From assembly GCA_017632935.1 (NCBI GenBank), contig JAGBQJ010000013.1, positions 5,970 through 69,969 on the forward strand: 64,000 bases of DNA. The letters run 5' to 3'. Shown here one piece after another: positions 1-10,169 of this stretch (position 1 is the first letter of the stretch; every line of letters starts with the position of its first letter). The notes under the pieces are model-generated. The model ran no database searches. It was not told the origin of the DNA and saw only the letters and a program-made list of their open reading frames with translations. The position numbers and the translations under genes are program-made. The DNA is from Bacteroidales bacterium (GTDB lineage: Bacteria; Bacteroidota; Bacteroidia; Bacteroidales; F082).

Positions 1-1328
1 CCCAATTCCAAGCTACTGAAGACCCGATCGCTTTCGTCAATTCGGGTTACAACTCCTCGAAGCGTTACGACAGCACTTGGGTGAGCAGCAACGATGTTCA
101 CGAAGTCATTGAGAAAGCCATCTTTGAAAATGGCAATGGCGTGGGCTATGTGTTTGGTCCTTATGAAGACGAGGGCGCCTTCAATTTGGTCCGCATTGTG
201 GAGATGGAAAACCGTCCCGACTCCTTGCGTGCCAGCCACATCCTGATTGGCTATAAAGGTGCTGCGATGTGCAACGATACCGTTACTACCAAAGAGCAAG
301 CTGAAGCCAAAGCCAACGACCTGTTGGCTCAGCTCAAGGCTTCCAAGAACAATGATGAACTGTTTGCCACGTTTGCTTCCGAATACAACAACGATGCCAC
401 CAAAGATAAAGGCGGCGACCTTGATTGGTTCAAGGATGGCGCTATGGTGCCTGCATTCAATCAATATGCATTGAATAACCCCGTGGGTTCGTTGGGCGTT
501 GTGGAGACTCCTTATGGCTATCATGTGGTAAAGGTTACGGGCAAGACCGAGCCTAAACCCAAAGCACGTCTGGCTTATGTGCAGCAAGAAATCACCGTTT
601 CGGAGAAGACCCGCTCACAGTATTATGCTGAAGCCAACAAGTTCGTGACGGAGAACAGAACGTACGATCAGTTCACCAAGGCTGCTGAAGATAACGGCTA
701 CACCAAGCGTACCATGGAAGGCATTGAGAAGTCGACTTACAGAATCACTGGTCTTGAGAATCCGCGTGAGATTGTCCGTTGGGCTTTCAACGAGAAGACC
801 AAGAAGGGTGACATCTCTGACAAGATCTTCGAACTTGATAACGATAGACAGTTGGTCGTGGCTGCACTGACCGGTGTCATTAACGAAGGTAATGCCCCTA
901 TGGAAGTCGTCGTCGAACGCGGCAAGTATCAACTTCTTAACAAGAAGAAGGGTGAGATGGCCGTTGAGAAGATGAAGGCTTGCGGCAACGATGTCAAGAG
1001 GATGGAGAGCGAACTGGGTGCTGAATCCACTACTGTCTCCGATGTCAACATTGAATCACGCGTGTTGGGCAACTTCGGCGTTGAGGCCGACATTGTCGGT
1101 AAGATCTTCGGTATGTCGGAAGGTGAAGAGGTCGGCCCTGTGGCTGGCAACACTACTGCCTTCATCATCAAGAACGTGAAGTTTACGGCTCCTGAAGAGA
1201 CTTCTGACTATAGCAACATCGTCAGGGAGAAGGTGAGCCAGTACACCAACCGTTCGATGAACGATGGCGTTTACAATGCGCTGAAGAAGCTGGTGAAGAT
1301 TAAGGATAACAGAAACATCATCTTCTAA
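1..1328 (+). CDS. PpiD/SurA-like periplasmic peptidyl-prolyl isomerase (parvulin domain), 5'-truncated by the window edge
   Basis: The reading frame of ORF 81..1328 is open back to nt 3. Parvulin rotamase motifs: ASHILIGYKGA, GGDLDWFKDGAMVPAF, GYHVVKV. Confidence 0.8.
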   Translation, partial: QFQATEDPIAFVNSGYNSSKRYDSTWVSSNDVHEVIEKAIFENGNGVGYVFGPYEDEGAFNLVRIVEMENRPDSLRASHILIGYKGAAMCNDTVTTKEQAEAKANDLLAQLKASKNNDELFATFASEYNNDATKDKGGDLDWFKDGAMVPAFNQYALNNPVGSLGVVETPYGYHVVKVTGKTEPKPKARLAYVQQEITVSEKTRSQYYAEANKFVTENRTYDQFTKAAEDNGYTKRTMEGIEKSTYRITGLENPREIVRWAFNEKTKKGDISDKIFELDNDRQLVVAALTGVINEGNAPMEVVVERGKYQLLNKKKGEMAVEKMKACGNDVKRMESELGAESTTVSDVNIESRVLGNFGVEADIVGKIFGMSEGEEVGPVAGNTTAFIIKNVKFTAPEETSDYSNIVREKVSQYTNRSMNDGVYNALKKLVKIKDNRNIIF

Positions 1329-1461
1329 GACTGCGTTTCGCATTTCATTATAAAAAGGTGTGTCGAGTTAGTTTCGGCACACCTTTTTCTCCTTTGCATA
1401 CTAAGCAGGCCCGATTTGCGTTATGGTCTTGAACACAATTGATTTGTATAATTCTACTCAT

Positions 1462-2892
1462 ATGAAACAACTGAAATGCTTTTTGATGATTGCAGCCATG
1501 ACCTTGGTTGTCGTGGGCTGCCGTAAAACTGTAGAGGTGTCGTTTGAAAACACCACACAAGAGTTCGATGCGCAGGGCGGCTCGATTGAATTGGCTTTGA
1601 AGTCGAATGGCGAGTGGAGCATCGAAGCCCCTGCGGAATGGGTTACCATTTCGCCTAGGTCAGGGAATGGTGACGCCACATTGACTCTTACTGCTGAGGC
1701 CAACACGACGGGTGAGGCTCGTACGGCCGAAGTCAAAGCCGTTACCAAGGACAATACCGCTAAGTTGACCCTGACGCAGGATGCCATCCTTGGGGATTAT
1801 GTCAACGTGACGCCTAAGGACATTCAGTGCGACAATGAAGGTGGTGCGTTTGTCGTCGAGTTGTCTTCCAACATCGATTGGTCTGTTTCTGCTCCCGAAT
1901 GGATTGCCTGTTCCCCAGCAGAAGGCTCTGGCAATGCGAGCATTACTTTGACGGTCAGCCCGATGACGGAAGACTTCATTGATATCAATAGCCGTGAGGC
2001 CCAAGTGCTTATCGGCAACTTGAATGTTTTCGACGAGGTGCATGTCGTCCAAACGGCAGGCACCGATCCTGATCCTGATCCCGATCCAGACCCTGATCCA
2101 CATTTCCTTGAAGCTTCTCCGTTAGAGTTTACATTCCCTAAGGAAGGCGGAGCACAGGAAATCACTATCAGTTGTGATACCGTTTGGGTGTTTGCCTTGG
2201 AATGCGATTGGCTGTCGCTTTCGCAACAATCGGGGACGGGCAATGCCACCGTGGTGTTGACAGCAGAGCCGAATTTGTTGAACGAGCCGAAATCTTGTGA
2301 GTTTCATCTCAAGTCATTGGGGTTGCATGAGAGCTTTGTTGTCCATCAAGACGCTGGCGACGATCCAATCACGGCCGCTTTCGATTCTGACACCTTGTTT
2401 GTGGCTTATTCGGGAGGATTCCGACACATTCAACTGACATCCAATACTACCTGGAATCTTCGGACTACAGGCGCATGGATAAGCTTGCCAACGGTTAGCT
2501 CGGGTGAAGGTGATGCTTCATTCGATATTTTGGTGGACATCAATTCAGGTTCCAACGATAGGGTTTGTTTTTTGAATGCCGTTCATAATGGTCGGATACT
2601 AGCCACTTTGGTTGTTGTCCAAGAGGGTAAGCCTGATCTTTTGGAGACTGATGTCACTCAATTGGATGTTCGTCCCGAAGGCGGTAGTTTTGTCATTCAA
2701 TTGACCGCCAACCAGTCGTGGACAGTCAGTGTCAACGTGGATTGGCTGCATTGCAATCCCCAGAGTGGATTTGGTAGCGGCAATATCACAGTTGTCGTGG
2801 ATGCTTTGCCTTCGTCTGAGCCTCGAACAGGATATATCAAGATAGCTGGGACGTCGGGCAAATACGTGATTATCACAGTAGACCAACATTAA
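1462..2892 (+). CDS. Surface lipoprotein with multiple BACON-like repeat domains
   Basis: The internal Met at 1462 gives the lipoprotein signal MKQLKCFLMIAAMTLVVVGC. About five ~85-aa repeats follow the pattern GG..E..L.SN..W.....W....SP.SG.GNA..TLT. A (DP)6 linker lies at 2065-2100. Confidence 0.75.
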   Translation: MKQLKCFLMIAAMTLVVVGCRKTVEVSFENTTQEFDAQGGSIELALKSNGEWSIEAPAEWVTISPRSGNGDATLTLTAEANTTGEARTAEVKAVTKDNTAKLTLTQDAILGDYVNVTPKDIQCDNEGGAFVVELSSNIDWSVSAPEWIACSPAEGSGNASITLTVSPMTEDFIDINSREAQVLIGNLNVFDEVHVVQTAGTDPDPDPDPDPDPHFLEASPLEFTFPKEGGAQEITISCDTVWVFALECDWLSLSQQSGTGNATVVLTAEPNLLNEPKSCEFHLKSLGLHESFVVHQDAGDDPITAAFDSDTLFVAYSGGFRHIQLTSNTTWNLRTTGAWISLPTVSSGEGDASFDILVDINSGSNDRVCFLNAVHNGRILATLVVVQEGKPDLLETDVTQLDVRPEGGSFVIQLTANQSWTVSVNVDWLHCNPQSGFGSGNITVVVDALPSSEPRTGYIKIAGTSGKYVIITVDQH

Positions 2893-2923
2893 AAAGAAAG
2901 GAGAGCATTGCTCTCCTTTCTTT

Positions 2924-4528
2924 TTAGAATCCCATGCCGAACCAGTACCAGAACTTGTTTTCCATTTCTTTCCAAGCTTGTCGCGTTGAGGCGGCGAAGT
3001 CGGAGGTGTATTGGTTGAGAACTTCCGTGGCTTCCTTGTTTTTGCCTTCGGCAATCAGTGCCTTGGCTTTGGCTTCGATGGCGGGAATCTCATCAAAAGC
3101 CTTTTGCTCGAAGCGGTTGGCGTTGTCCATCAAGGTCTTTTTAGTGCGGCCCCATTGCACGGTGGCCAGCTTGTTGGCTTTGCGGTAGTGCCAAATCCAG
3201 GCTTCCTCGCGATAGCGCAACTGACCGCATTTGTCGAAGCCCTCGGGTAAGGTGGTGGAGCCTGAGAAGATTGGGATGCGCGGGCTCTGTCCAGGGTTGT
3301 CGCAGGCCATCCAGCAGATAGCTCCGATTTCGTCGGGCATCCAACTGCGGCATTGGATGATGTGGTGATAGCTGCTCCAGGCCACGGCAACGGTGCGTTG
3401 GAAGTTGATGGTACCAGGGGCAAGGTAATTAATGGTGTTCATCATCGCGCTACCCACCCAAGGGTTGGCCACGGGGCTGATGATGGTGTCTTCACGTACC
3501 GAGCCGTCTTCTTGACGTTTCTTGGCGACCATCTTCACGTTGCGCGTCATGTCCATGTCGGTGCCTTCGTAGGTGCTGCGGAAGAGCTCCATTACCTTGC
3601 GCACATCAACGTTCTCGTCTGGCTTCACCGAGAAGGGCAACTCGGGCATGTCGCGGTTGAGGTTCAATGAGGGTGCCAGTTGACTGAGGATGAAGAACTC
3701 GCGGTCGCTGTAGTTCTTGCCGCCGCCGTATGAGGCGCGGAAAGCCTTCCAAAAGATGAAGTCGCCCTTGCCGTCCCACAGTCCGTATTTCTTCGCCACG
3801 GCCTCGCAGTTGTCGGAGCAATAAAAGTCCTTGCTCTTGCGTTCCAGCTTGCCAATGCGGGCGATATTGGCCGAAACGCCTACCTCGTCATCAGGGATGC
3901 GCTTGGCTGCCCACACGCCGCCGATTTTGTCGGGGCCTTCGCCCAGGATTTCCATCTGCCACACTTCGTTTTTGTCAGCGATGGTGATGCACTCGCCGCC
4001 GTCGCCGTAACCGTATTCCTTCACCAGCTTGCCGATGAGTTGGATAGCGTCGCGGGCGTTGTCGCAGCGCATCAAGGCTACGCGTTCCAGCTCTTCGATC
4101 ATGAACATACCTTTCTTGTTGACCAAGGTGTCAGGGCCAGAAAATGTGGTCTCGCCGATGGCCAGTTGTTTTTCGTTAAGGCAAGGATAGGCCGTGTTGA
4201 GGTAGGCGTAGGTGTGGGCCACTTCAGGAATCTCGCCAGCCAGTTCCACGTTGCGGTTGTCAAAGGGGTCTTCGGTGTGCATGGTGCCTTTGTAGACCTT
4301 GTACATCTCGCCTTTTTCGTGGTCGGCAGCGGCTTCCCAGCGCATCCAGGTGCGGTAGCGGCCGTCGCAGGTGTGGGAGGTAATAACGGAGCCGTCGGTG
4401 GAGGCGTTTTTGCCCACCATGATGCTGGTGCAGCAGGCGCCGACGCGTTGTTCGTTTTCGTCTTGTGCCATCATGTTGAAGCCGATGAGCAAAAGAGCAG
4501 ATAGGAGTAATGATTTGATTTTAAGCAT
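2924..4528 (-). CDS. Secreted family C69 dipeptidase
   Basis: A signal peptide is followed by the nucleophile-Cys motif GACCTSIMVGKNASTDGSVITSHTCDG. The length of 534 aa is typical of C69. Confidence 0.85.
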   Translation of the reverse strand: MLKIKSLLLSALLLIGFNMMAQDENEQRVGACCTSIMVGKNASTDGSVITSHTCDGRYRTWMRWEAAADHEKGEMYKVYKGTMHTEDPFDNRNVELAGEIPEVAHTYAYLNTAYPCLNEKQLAIGETTFSGPDTLVNKKGMFMIEELERVALMRCDNARDAIQLIGKLVKEYGYGDGGECITIADKNEVWQMEILGEGPDKIGGVWAAKRIPDDEVGVSANIARIGKLERKSKDFYCSDNCEAVAKKYGLWDGKGDFIFWKAFRASYGGGKNYSDREFFILSQLAPSLNLNRDMPELPFSVKPDENVDVRKVMELFRSTYEGTDMDMTRNVKMVAKKRQEDGSVREDTIISPVANPWVGSAMMNTINYLAPGTINFQRTVAVAWSSYHHIIQCRSWMPDEIGAICWMACDNPGQSPRIPIFSGSTTLPEGFDKCGQLRYREEAWIWHYRKANKLATVQWGRTKKTLMDNANRFEQKAFDEIPAIEAKAKALIAEGKNKEATEVLNQYTSDFAASTRQAWKEMENKFWYWFGMGF

Positions 4529-4598
4529 GATAAAGTTATTATAATTGTTGATAATTCTAGGCCCCTGAGCCTGTCGAAGGGCCGGCTATTATGGAGTC

Positions 4599-4606
4599 CA
4601 AAAATA
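4599..4606 (-). promoter_or_regulatory. Bacteroidetes -7 box (TATTTTTG) upstream of the dipeptidase gene
   Basis: The reverse complement of caaaaata matches TAnnTTTG, ~70 nt upstream of the ATG at 4528. Confidence 0.4.
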
Positions 4607-4651
4607 AGAAAGAAAACGGTAGGTTTCGAGGTTTGGGAGTAAAAATCTGCT

Positions 4652-5857
4652 TTATTCCCAAAACAATTCTTCCGCCACGCCATCGGCGAAGAGCATCTGC
4701 TGGTCGTTGAGGTAGAGGAATTCCCGTGTTTGTGATAGGCGGCCTTGGGCAATCAAAGGTTGGGCGTGTTGCTCGCAGTAGGTGGAAAAGCGTTCGCCCA
4801 TCTCGCGTTTCAACCATTTTAGGTCGATGCCCCAATGGGTGCGCAAGCGTAGCATGACGTATTCGTTGTAGTGTTGTTCAGGAGAGAGCTGTTCTTTTTC
4901 TTGAAGCGTATTGTCTGGATTGCTTCGTTCCTCGCAATGACGCAAAGCGTTACAGTATTGTTCAATATTGGCCACATTCCATTGTCGTGATCTTCCGTCA
5001 AAGGAATGCGCCGAAGGCCCAAAGCCTGCGTATGGCGTGCCGAACCAATAGCTGGCATTGTGTTTGGAGTGCATGCCCATCTTGCAGAAATTGGAGATTT
5101 CGTAATGCAGGAAGCCGTTTTCCTTGGCACGGTGGCATAGGATGTCATAGTCGCGGAGGGCGTCTTCGTCATTCACGGGCAAGGCTTTGCCCTGTTCGAT
5201 TTGTTTGGTTAGGATGGCGTTGGGCTCCAAGGTTAGGGCATAGGCCGAGAGGTGGGGGAGACCCATTTCGAAGAAGAGGTCAAGGTTGCGGTTCCATTGT
5301 TCAGCATTGGAGGAGGGCAGGCCATAAATCAGGTCGATGCTGATATTGCTGAAGCTGGCTTGTTTGGCCCATGCTATGCATTGTCGGGCATGGTTGGAGT
5401 CGTGTTTTCGGCTCAAGTATTTCAAGTCGTTGTCAAAGAAACTCTGTATGCCGATGCTGAGGCGATTAATGCCGAGTTGGCGGAGGCCTATAAGGTATTC
5501 GGGCGACAGCGTGTCGGGGTTGGCTTCGAGGGTGATTTCGGCATTGTCGGCAACAGGATAGTGCGTATTAATAAGGTGCAGAATGTCGCCGATTTCATTT
5601 ACGCTGAGCAACGAGGGTGTGCCGCCACCGAAGTAAATGGTGTGAATGTTGGGGGTGAGAGGATTGCCCTTAAGCGCAGGCCTCATTGCGGGCGAAGCCC
5701 CGCAATCTCCTGCGCTTAGGTACTCCTCCCGCCCAACGATTTCCGCCTTCAGCGCTTCCAGAAACCGTTCTTTCTGCTTCAAGGAAGGCACGGAATAGAA
5801 CCCGCAGTAGGCACACTTCGAGTTGCAGAAAGGGATATGGACGTAAATGCCAGCCAT
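4652..5857 (-). CDS. hemW: Radical-SAM HemN-like protein (heme chaperone HemW / oxygen-independent coproporphyrinogen oxidase-like)
   Basis: CxxxCxxC motif YVHIPFCNSKCAYCGFYS. The start is placed at Met 5857 (MAGIYVHIPFC) because the aqpZ terminator hairpin occupies 5871-5900. Confidence 0.85.
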   Translation of the reverse strand: MAGIYVHIPFCNSKCAYCGFYSVPSLKQKERFLEALKAEIVGREEYLSAGDCGASPAMRPALKGNPLTPNIHTIYFGGGTPSLLSVNEIGDILHLINTHYPVADNAEITLEANPDTLSPEYLIGLRQLGINRLSIGIQSFFDNDLKYLSRKHDSNHARQCIAWAKQASFSNISIDLIYGLPSSNAEQWNRNLDLFFEMGLPHLSAYALTLEPNAILTKQIEQGKALPVNDEDALRDYDILCHRAKENGFLHYEISNFCKMGMHSKHNASYWFGTPYAGFGPSAHSFDGRSRQWNVANIEQYCNALRHCEERSNPDNTLQEKEQLSPEQHYNEYVMLRLRTHWGIDLKWLKREMGERFSTYCEQHAQPLIAQGRLSQTREFLYLNDQQMLFADGVAEELFWE

Positions 5858-5870
5858 GGTGCAAAAATAA

Positions 5871-5900
5871 GAAAAGTCCTGCATTGCAATGCAGGACTTT
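5871..5900 (-). terminator. Rho-independent terminator downstream of aqpZ
   Basis: Perfect palindrome AAAAGTCCTGCATTGCAATGCAGGACTTTT, 24 nt after the aqpZ stop. Confidence 0.7.
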
Positions 5901-5923
5901 TCATTATTCAAGATGAATGATGC

Positions 5924-6634
5924 TTATTTCTCGCACTTCTTGCAGCCGCCGAGGCACTTGTAGACCAGACCGGCGAGACCAGCACCGACAAGCGGAGCCA
6001 CGATGAAGACCCACAAGTGGCTGAGGGCCGAACCACCGGCGAAGATGGCCTGTGAGATAGAACGGGCAGGGTTGACCGAGGTGTTGGTCAGCGGGATGCT
6101 GATGAGGTGGATGAGTACCAGGGTGAGACCGATAGCCAGACCACCGAACTTGCCATTGGCGTGACGGTCGTCAGTGACACCGAGGATGACCAGCAGGAAC
6201 ACGAAGGTCAGGACGGCTTCGACGATTAATGCACCATAAACATTAATGTCCCAATAGTTTTCGCCACATTTGGCAAGGTCTGGACCATAATCGTTGGCAG
6301 CAAAATTACCTGGATCGATGTTGCCACATTTCACGATGGCATAAATGAGAGCGGCAGCGCCAATGGCACCAATGATTTGAGCCACCCAATAGATGAGCAT
6401 TTCTTTGAGACTCATGCGGCCATTAGCCCACACACCGAAGCTGACGGCAGGATTAAGGTGTGCACCCGAGATGTGTCCGACACCGTAGGCCATGGCCACA
6501 ACGGTGAGACCAAAGGCGATGGCTACACCTAAAAACTTGACGTTGCCACTAGCGAAAATGGCAGTGCCACAACCGCCAAACACCAAAACGAATGTGCCGA
6601 TCAATTCGGCGAAGAATTTGTTACCTGTTTTCAT
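5924..6634 (-). CDS. aqpZ: Aquaporin Z (MIP family water channel)
   Basis: Two NPA boxes (HISGAHLNPAVS and SVNPARS), six TM segments, 236 aa. Confidence 0.9.
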   Translation of the reverse strand: MKTGNKFFAELIGTFVLVFGGCGTAIFASGNVKFLGVAIAFGLTVVAMAYGVGHISGAHLNPAVSFGVWANGRMSLKEMLIYWVAQIIGAIGAAALIYAIVKCGNIDPGNFAANDYGPDLAKCGENYWDINVYGALIVEAVLTFVFLLVILGVTDDRHANGKFGGLAIGLTLVLIHLISIPLTNTSVNPARSISQAIFAGGSALSHLWVFIVAPLVGAGLAGLVYKCLGGCKKCEK

Positions 6635-6685
6635 AATGGTTAGATTTTAAAACGTTTATAAGATTAACAAGTTGTTTTCATGACG

Positions 6686-6693
6686 CAAACGTA
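6686..6693 (-). promoter_or_regulatory. -7 box (TACGTTTG) for aqpZ
   Basis: The reverse complement of caaacgta matches TAnnTTTG, ~50 nt upstream of the ATG at 6634. Confidence 0.45.
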
Positions 6694-6801
6694 CGAAAAA
6701 AATCAATTTTCCTAATCTTCTTGGGGAAAAATATTTGTCGAATGGCACAAAAAACCTATAAAATATTATAAGGTATTTGATTTTTTGTTTCCTTTGCACC
6801 T

Positions 6802-8097
6802 ATGAAAAAAGCAATCACACTCATTTTCGCTCTACTGGCATTTTTTTCAATGAAGGCACAGGAGAGCCATTCTTACCAATTCACACTTGAGGACTGTTTG
6901 CGTTTCGCTGTGGCTAACAGTTATGAGCGCAGGTCGATGGAACTGACGGGTCAGTCGCTGGAGACCACATACGAACAGTCGAAACAGCAACGGCTGCCCA
7001 GTGTAAGTGCCTCGGTCGGACAAAACATCTCGAACAACGAGAATGGTTGGTCCACCTCGGGCAGCGTGGGCGTGGGCTCCTCAGTGACGATTTACCAAGG
7101 TGGCAACATCAACAACACCATTGAGCAGAATCGCCTCAACATGGAACGCAACACCGTGCAGCTGCAGCGTTACGACAACCAACTCGCCACACAGATTTTG
7201 CAGAGTTTTCTCACCATCCTTGGTAATCAGGAACTGATCAAATACCAACAGGAAGTGCTCAATACCAGCCGCGAACAGCTGAAACAGGGTCAGGCGCGCC
7301 ATCGCTTGGGCACCATCCTTGAGAGCGACCTGCTGTTGTTGGAATCGCAATACTATAGCGACTCGAACAACGTGGTTGACACGCGCATCAACATTGAGAA
7401 CAACTTGCTGGATTTGAAGGTGTTGCTCTCCATGAATCCGACCGATGACTTGGAAATCATCTCTCCCAATACCGACAACCTTGATGCCTTGAAGGAGAGC
7501 CTCCCGACCGAGGAAGAAGCCATCAATCTGGCCATGGAATACATGCCCGACTTACGTATCAGCGATTATGACATCCGTTTGGCCGAAAAGAGCGTCGACA
7601 TGGCGCGGGGCAACTATTTTCCGTCCATCTCCGCCAATGCCAACGTGGGCATGGGTATGTTGTCGCTTGACGGTAACGGCAACTTGAAATGGTACGGCAC
7701 ACCGACCGAGTCGGCAGGCATCTCGATGAGCATACCGATCTACAGCCGCGGTCAGACCAAGGCCAACGTGAAAAAGAGCCGCATCGCCTTGGAGCAAGCC
7801 CAACTGGACTACGAGCAGTCGACCCTTTCGGTGCGTCAGACTGTGGTGCAGGCTTATCGTAACGTGGTTTCTGCCTTCAACGCTTACAAGGTCTCGCAGG
7901 TCAAGGAGAACGCCTACAGCAAGAGTTTCAACGCTTACAACATGCAGTATCAGTATGGCAGCATCACCACGGTGGAGCTGCTGCAACAGCAGAACAATTA
8001 TCTGAACGCTTTAAATTCCTATATCCAGAATAAATATTCCCTGTTGATGAAACGGAAGATTTTAGACATCTACATGGGAAAAGCAATCGAGTTATAA
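6802..8097 (+). CDS. TolC-family outer membrane efflux protein
   Basis: Signal peptide plus two OEP-like helical repeats. It is the first gene of an efflux operon with an adaptor and an ABC pump. Confidence 0.85.
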   Translation: MKKAITLIFALLAFFSMKAQESHSYQFTLEDCLRFAVANSYERRSMELTGQSLETTYEQSKQQRLPSVSASVGQNISNNENGWSTSGSVGVGSSVTIYQGGNINNTIEQNRLNMERNTVQLQRYDNQLATQILQSFLTILGNQELIKYQQEVLNTSREQLKQGQARHRLGTILESDLLLLESQYYSDSNNVVDTRINIENNLLDLKVLLSMNPTDDLEIISPNTDNLDALKESLPTEEEAINLAMEYMPDLRISDYDIRLAEKSVDMARGNYFPSISANANVGMGMLSLDGNGNLKWYGTPTESAGISMSIPIYSRGQTKANVKKSRIALEQAQLDYEQSTLSVRQTVVQAYRNVVSAFNAYKVSQVKENAYSKSFNAYNMQYQYGSITTVELLQQQNNYLNALNSYIQNKYSLLMKRKILDIYMGKAIEL

Positions 8098-8144
8098 ATG
8101 TGAGCATTTGAATTAGAAATCCTGAAATCCTGAAATTTTGATAT

Positions 8145-9416
8145 ATGAAAAAGAAACGTAAAATATGGCTGATCATCCTGGCAGTCGTAGTTGTTGCCAT
8201 CGCCGCGATAGTGGTTGTTAAGGTTACGAAGTCGGCCAACAAGGAATTGGTGATCCGAACCCATGTGGTGGAGGAGTACACCGTTGAGAACACCGTCACT
8301 GCGACGGGTACCATCGAGCCGGTGGAGACCGTGGAAGTCGGTACGCAGGTGTCGGGCAAGGTGGAAAAAATCTACGTCGACTATAACGATGTGGTGAAGA
8401 AAGGTCAGCTGATGGCTGAGTTGGACAAGCAGACGCTCAATCAGAGCCTCAGCCGCGCCAAGGCCAGCCTTACCTCGTCTCAGAGCCAGCTCAACTACGC
8501 TAAACTTAGTTATGAGCGTACGAAACAACTCTATGAGGCGAATGCTGCCACCTTGGCCGCCTACCAAGAGGCACAAAACACCTATACGCAGGCGCAGATG
8601 AGCATGAAGAACGCTCAAGCTTCCTACGACCAGGCGCGCGTCGACTTGGCCTACGCCGAAATCTACTCTCCTATCGACGGCATCGTCCTCGACCGCGCTG
8701 TGGAGGTGGGTCAGACGGTGGCCGCCTCGTTCAGCACGCCTACGTTGTTCACCTTGGCCAACGACCTCACAAAAATGCAGGTGGAAGCCGACGTCGACGA
8801 AGCTGACATCGGGCAAGTGAAAACGGGGCAGCGGGTGACCTTCACTGTCGACGCTTACATGGACGAGACCTTCGACGGCACCGTAAACCAGATTCGCATG
8901 AAACCTACCACCACGAGCAATGTGGTGACCTATACCGTCATCATCGAGGCACCCAACCCCGACCAAAAACTCTTCCCTGGCATGACCGCCAGCGTGACTA
9001 TTGTCACGGAGGAACAAACGGGTTTGGCTGTACCCGCAGAGGCTTTCAATTTCACGCCCGACGAGCCGGTGATGAAAACCCTGCGTAAGCCTGAGAAACC
9101 CGAGGGACCGAGGCCCGAGCCTCAGCAAGGTGAGCAGCCCAAGATGGGCGGGAAGGCTTCGTCTGACCATAACATGATATGGGTGAAGAAAGACGGTGAC
9201 ATCATGCCGCGTCCCGTCAAGGTGGGCATGAGCGATGGCGCCTATAAGATTATTGAAGAAGGTGTCCAGGCCGGTGACTCGGTGGTGCTTTCGGCACAAT
9301 ATGTCGCCAAGGAGAAGGCTGTGAAAAAGGGAGATAATCCTTTCATGCCAGGCCCTCCCGGTAGGAATAGGAACAATAACAACAATAAAGGTGGCAACTC
9401 GGGTGGCCAGAGATAA
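8145..9416 (+). CDS. Efflux periplasmic adaptor subunit (HlyD/MacA-like)
   Basis: N-terminal TM anchor, coiled-coil hairpin and barrel-sandwich motifs (YSPIDGIVLDR, GMTASV). It sits between the TolC and MacB-like genes. Confidence 0.85.
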   Translation: MKKKRKIWLIILAVVVVAIAAIVVVKVTKSANKELVIRTHVVEEYTVENTVTATGTIEPVETVEVGTQVSGKVEKIYVDYNDVVKKGQLMAELDKQTLNQSLSRAKASLTSSQSQLNYAKLSYERTKQLYEANAATLAAYQEAQNTYTQAQMSMKNAQASYDQARVDLAYAEIYSPIDGIVLDRAVEVGQTVAASFSTPTLFTLANDLTKMQVEADVDEADIGQVKTGQRVTFTVDAYMDETFDGTVNQIRMKPTTTSNVVTYTVIIEAPNPDQKLFPGMTASVTIVTEEQTGLAVPAEAFNFTPDEPVMKTLRKPEKPEGPRPEPQQGEQPKMGGKASSDHNMIWVKKDGDIMPRPVKVGMSDGAYKIIEEGVQAGDSVVLSAQYVAKEKAVKKGDNPFMPGPPGRNRNNNNNKGGNSGGQR

Positions 9417-9418
9417 TC

Positions 9419-10168
9419 ATGAACGAGCGGCAATCCATCATCAAGGTTGAGAACCTCAAGCGGACTTTCATCGTCGGCAGCGAGGAGGTGCATGCCCTCA
9501 AGGGGGTGTCGTTCGACATCTGTCAGGGCGAATTCGTGAGCATCATGGGCTCCTCGGGTAGCGGCAAGTCGACCTTGCTCAACATCCTTGGCTGCCTTGA
9601 CCAACCCACCGCAGGTGAGTATTACATTGACGGCATTTCGATTAGGGAAAAGACCAAAAACGAGTTGTCGGATATCCGCAACCGCAAGATCGGCTTTGTG
9701 TTTCAGTCCTACAACCTCTTGCCGCGTACCTCGGCTTTGGAAAATGTGGAGCTGCCTTTGGTGTATAATCCCGATGTGTCGCACCGCGAGCGTCATGAGA
9801 AGGCGCAACATGCCTTGGAACTGGTGGGCTTGAAAGACCGCATGGGACACATGCCTAACCAGCTCTCTGGTGGTCAGCAGCAGCGTGTGGCCATCGCCCG
9901 TGCCTTGGTTAACGACCCCGTCATTGTGTTGGCTGACGAAGCCACAGGTAACCTCGACACCCGTACCTCATATGAAATCATGAGCCTCTTCCAGAGCCTT
10001 CACGAACAGGGCAAGACCATTGCCTTCGTGACGCATGAGTCTGACATCGCGGTATTTACCAGCCGAACGATATTCCTGCGCGACGGTCACATCCTCCGTG
10101 ATGAGCCGGTGGCGACAAAGTCGGCAGCGGAAGCATTGGCAGCATTACCCAAAGATAACGATTATTGA
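9419..10168 (+). CDS. MacB-type ABC transporter ATP-binding protein
   Basis: Walker A GSSGSGKSTLLN, signature LSGGQQQRVAIARAL, Walker B VLADE. Confidence 0.9.
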   Translation: MNERQSIIKVENLKRTFIVGSEEVHALKGVSFDICQGEFVSIMGSSGSGKSTLLNILGCLDQPTAGEYYIDGISIREKTKNELSDIRNRKIGFVFQSYNLLPRTSALENVELPLVYNPDVSHRERHEKAQHALELVGLKDRMGHMPNQLSGGQQQRVAIARALVNDPVIVLADEATGNLDTRTSYEIMSLFQSLHEQGKTIAFVTHESDIAVFTSRTIFLRDGHILRDEPVATKSAAEALAALPKDNDY

Positions 10169-10169
10169 T

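Noticed and set aside
8070-9299. 409-aa minus-strand ORF
   Set aside because: It is fully antisense to the well-supported MacA-like adaptor gene. Its composition is His/Arg/Leu/Gly-rich and low-complexity, as is typical of antisense frames of GC-balanced genes.
10035-10169. N-terminal extensions in the ORF track (for example 10035, 1423, 45404, 46906, 60857, 60911-60726, 32210, 18779)
   Set aside because: The extensions overlap upstream genes, promoters or terminators. Internal Met codons give canonical signal peptides or conserved N-termini, so the starts were moved.
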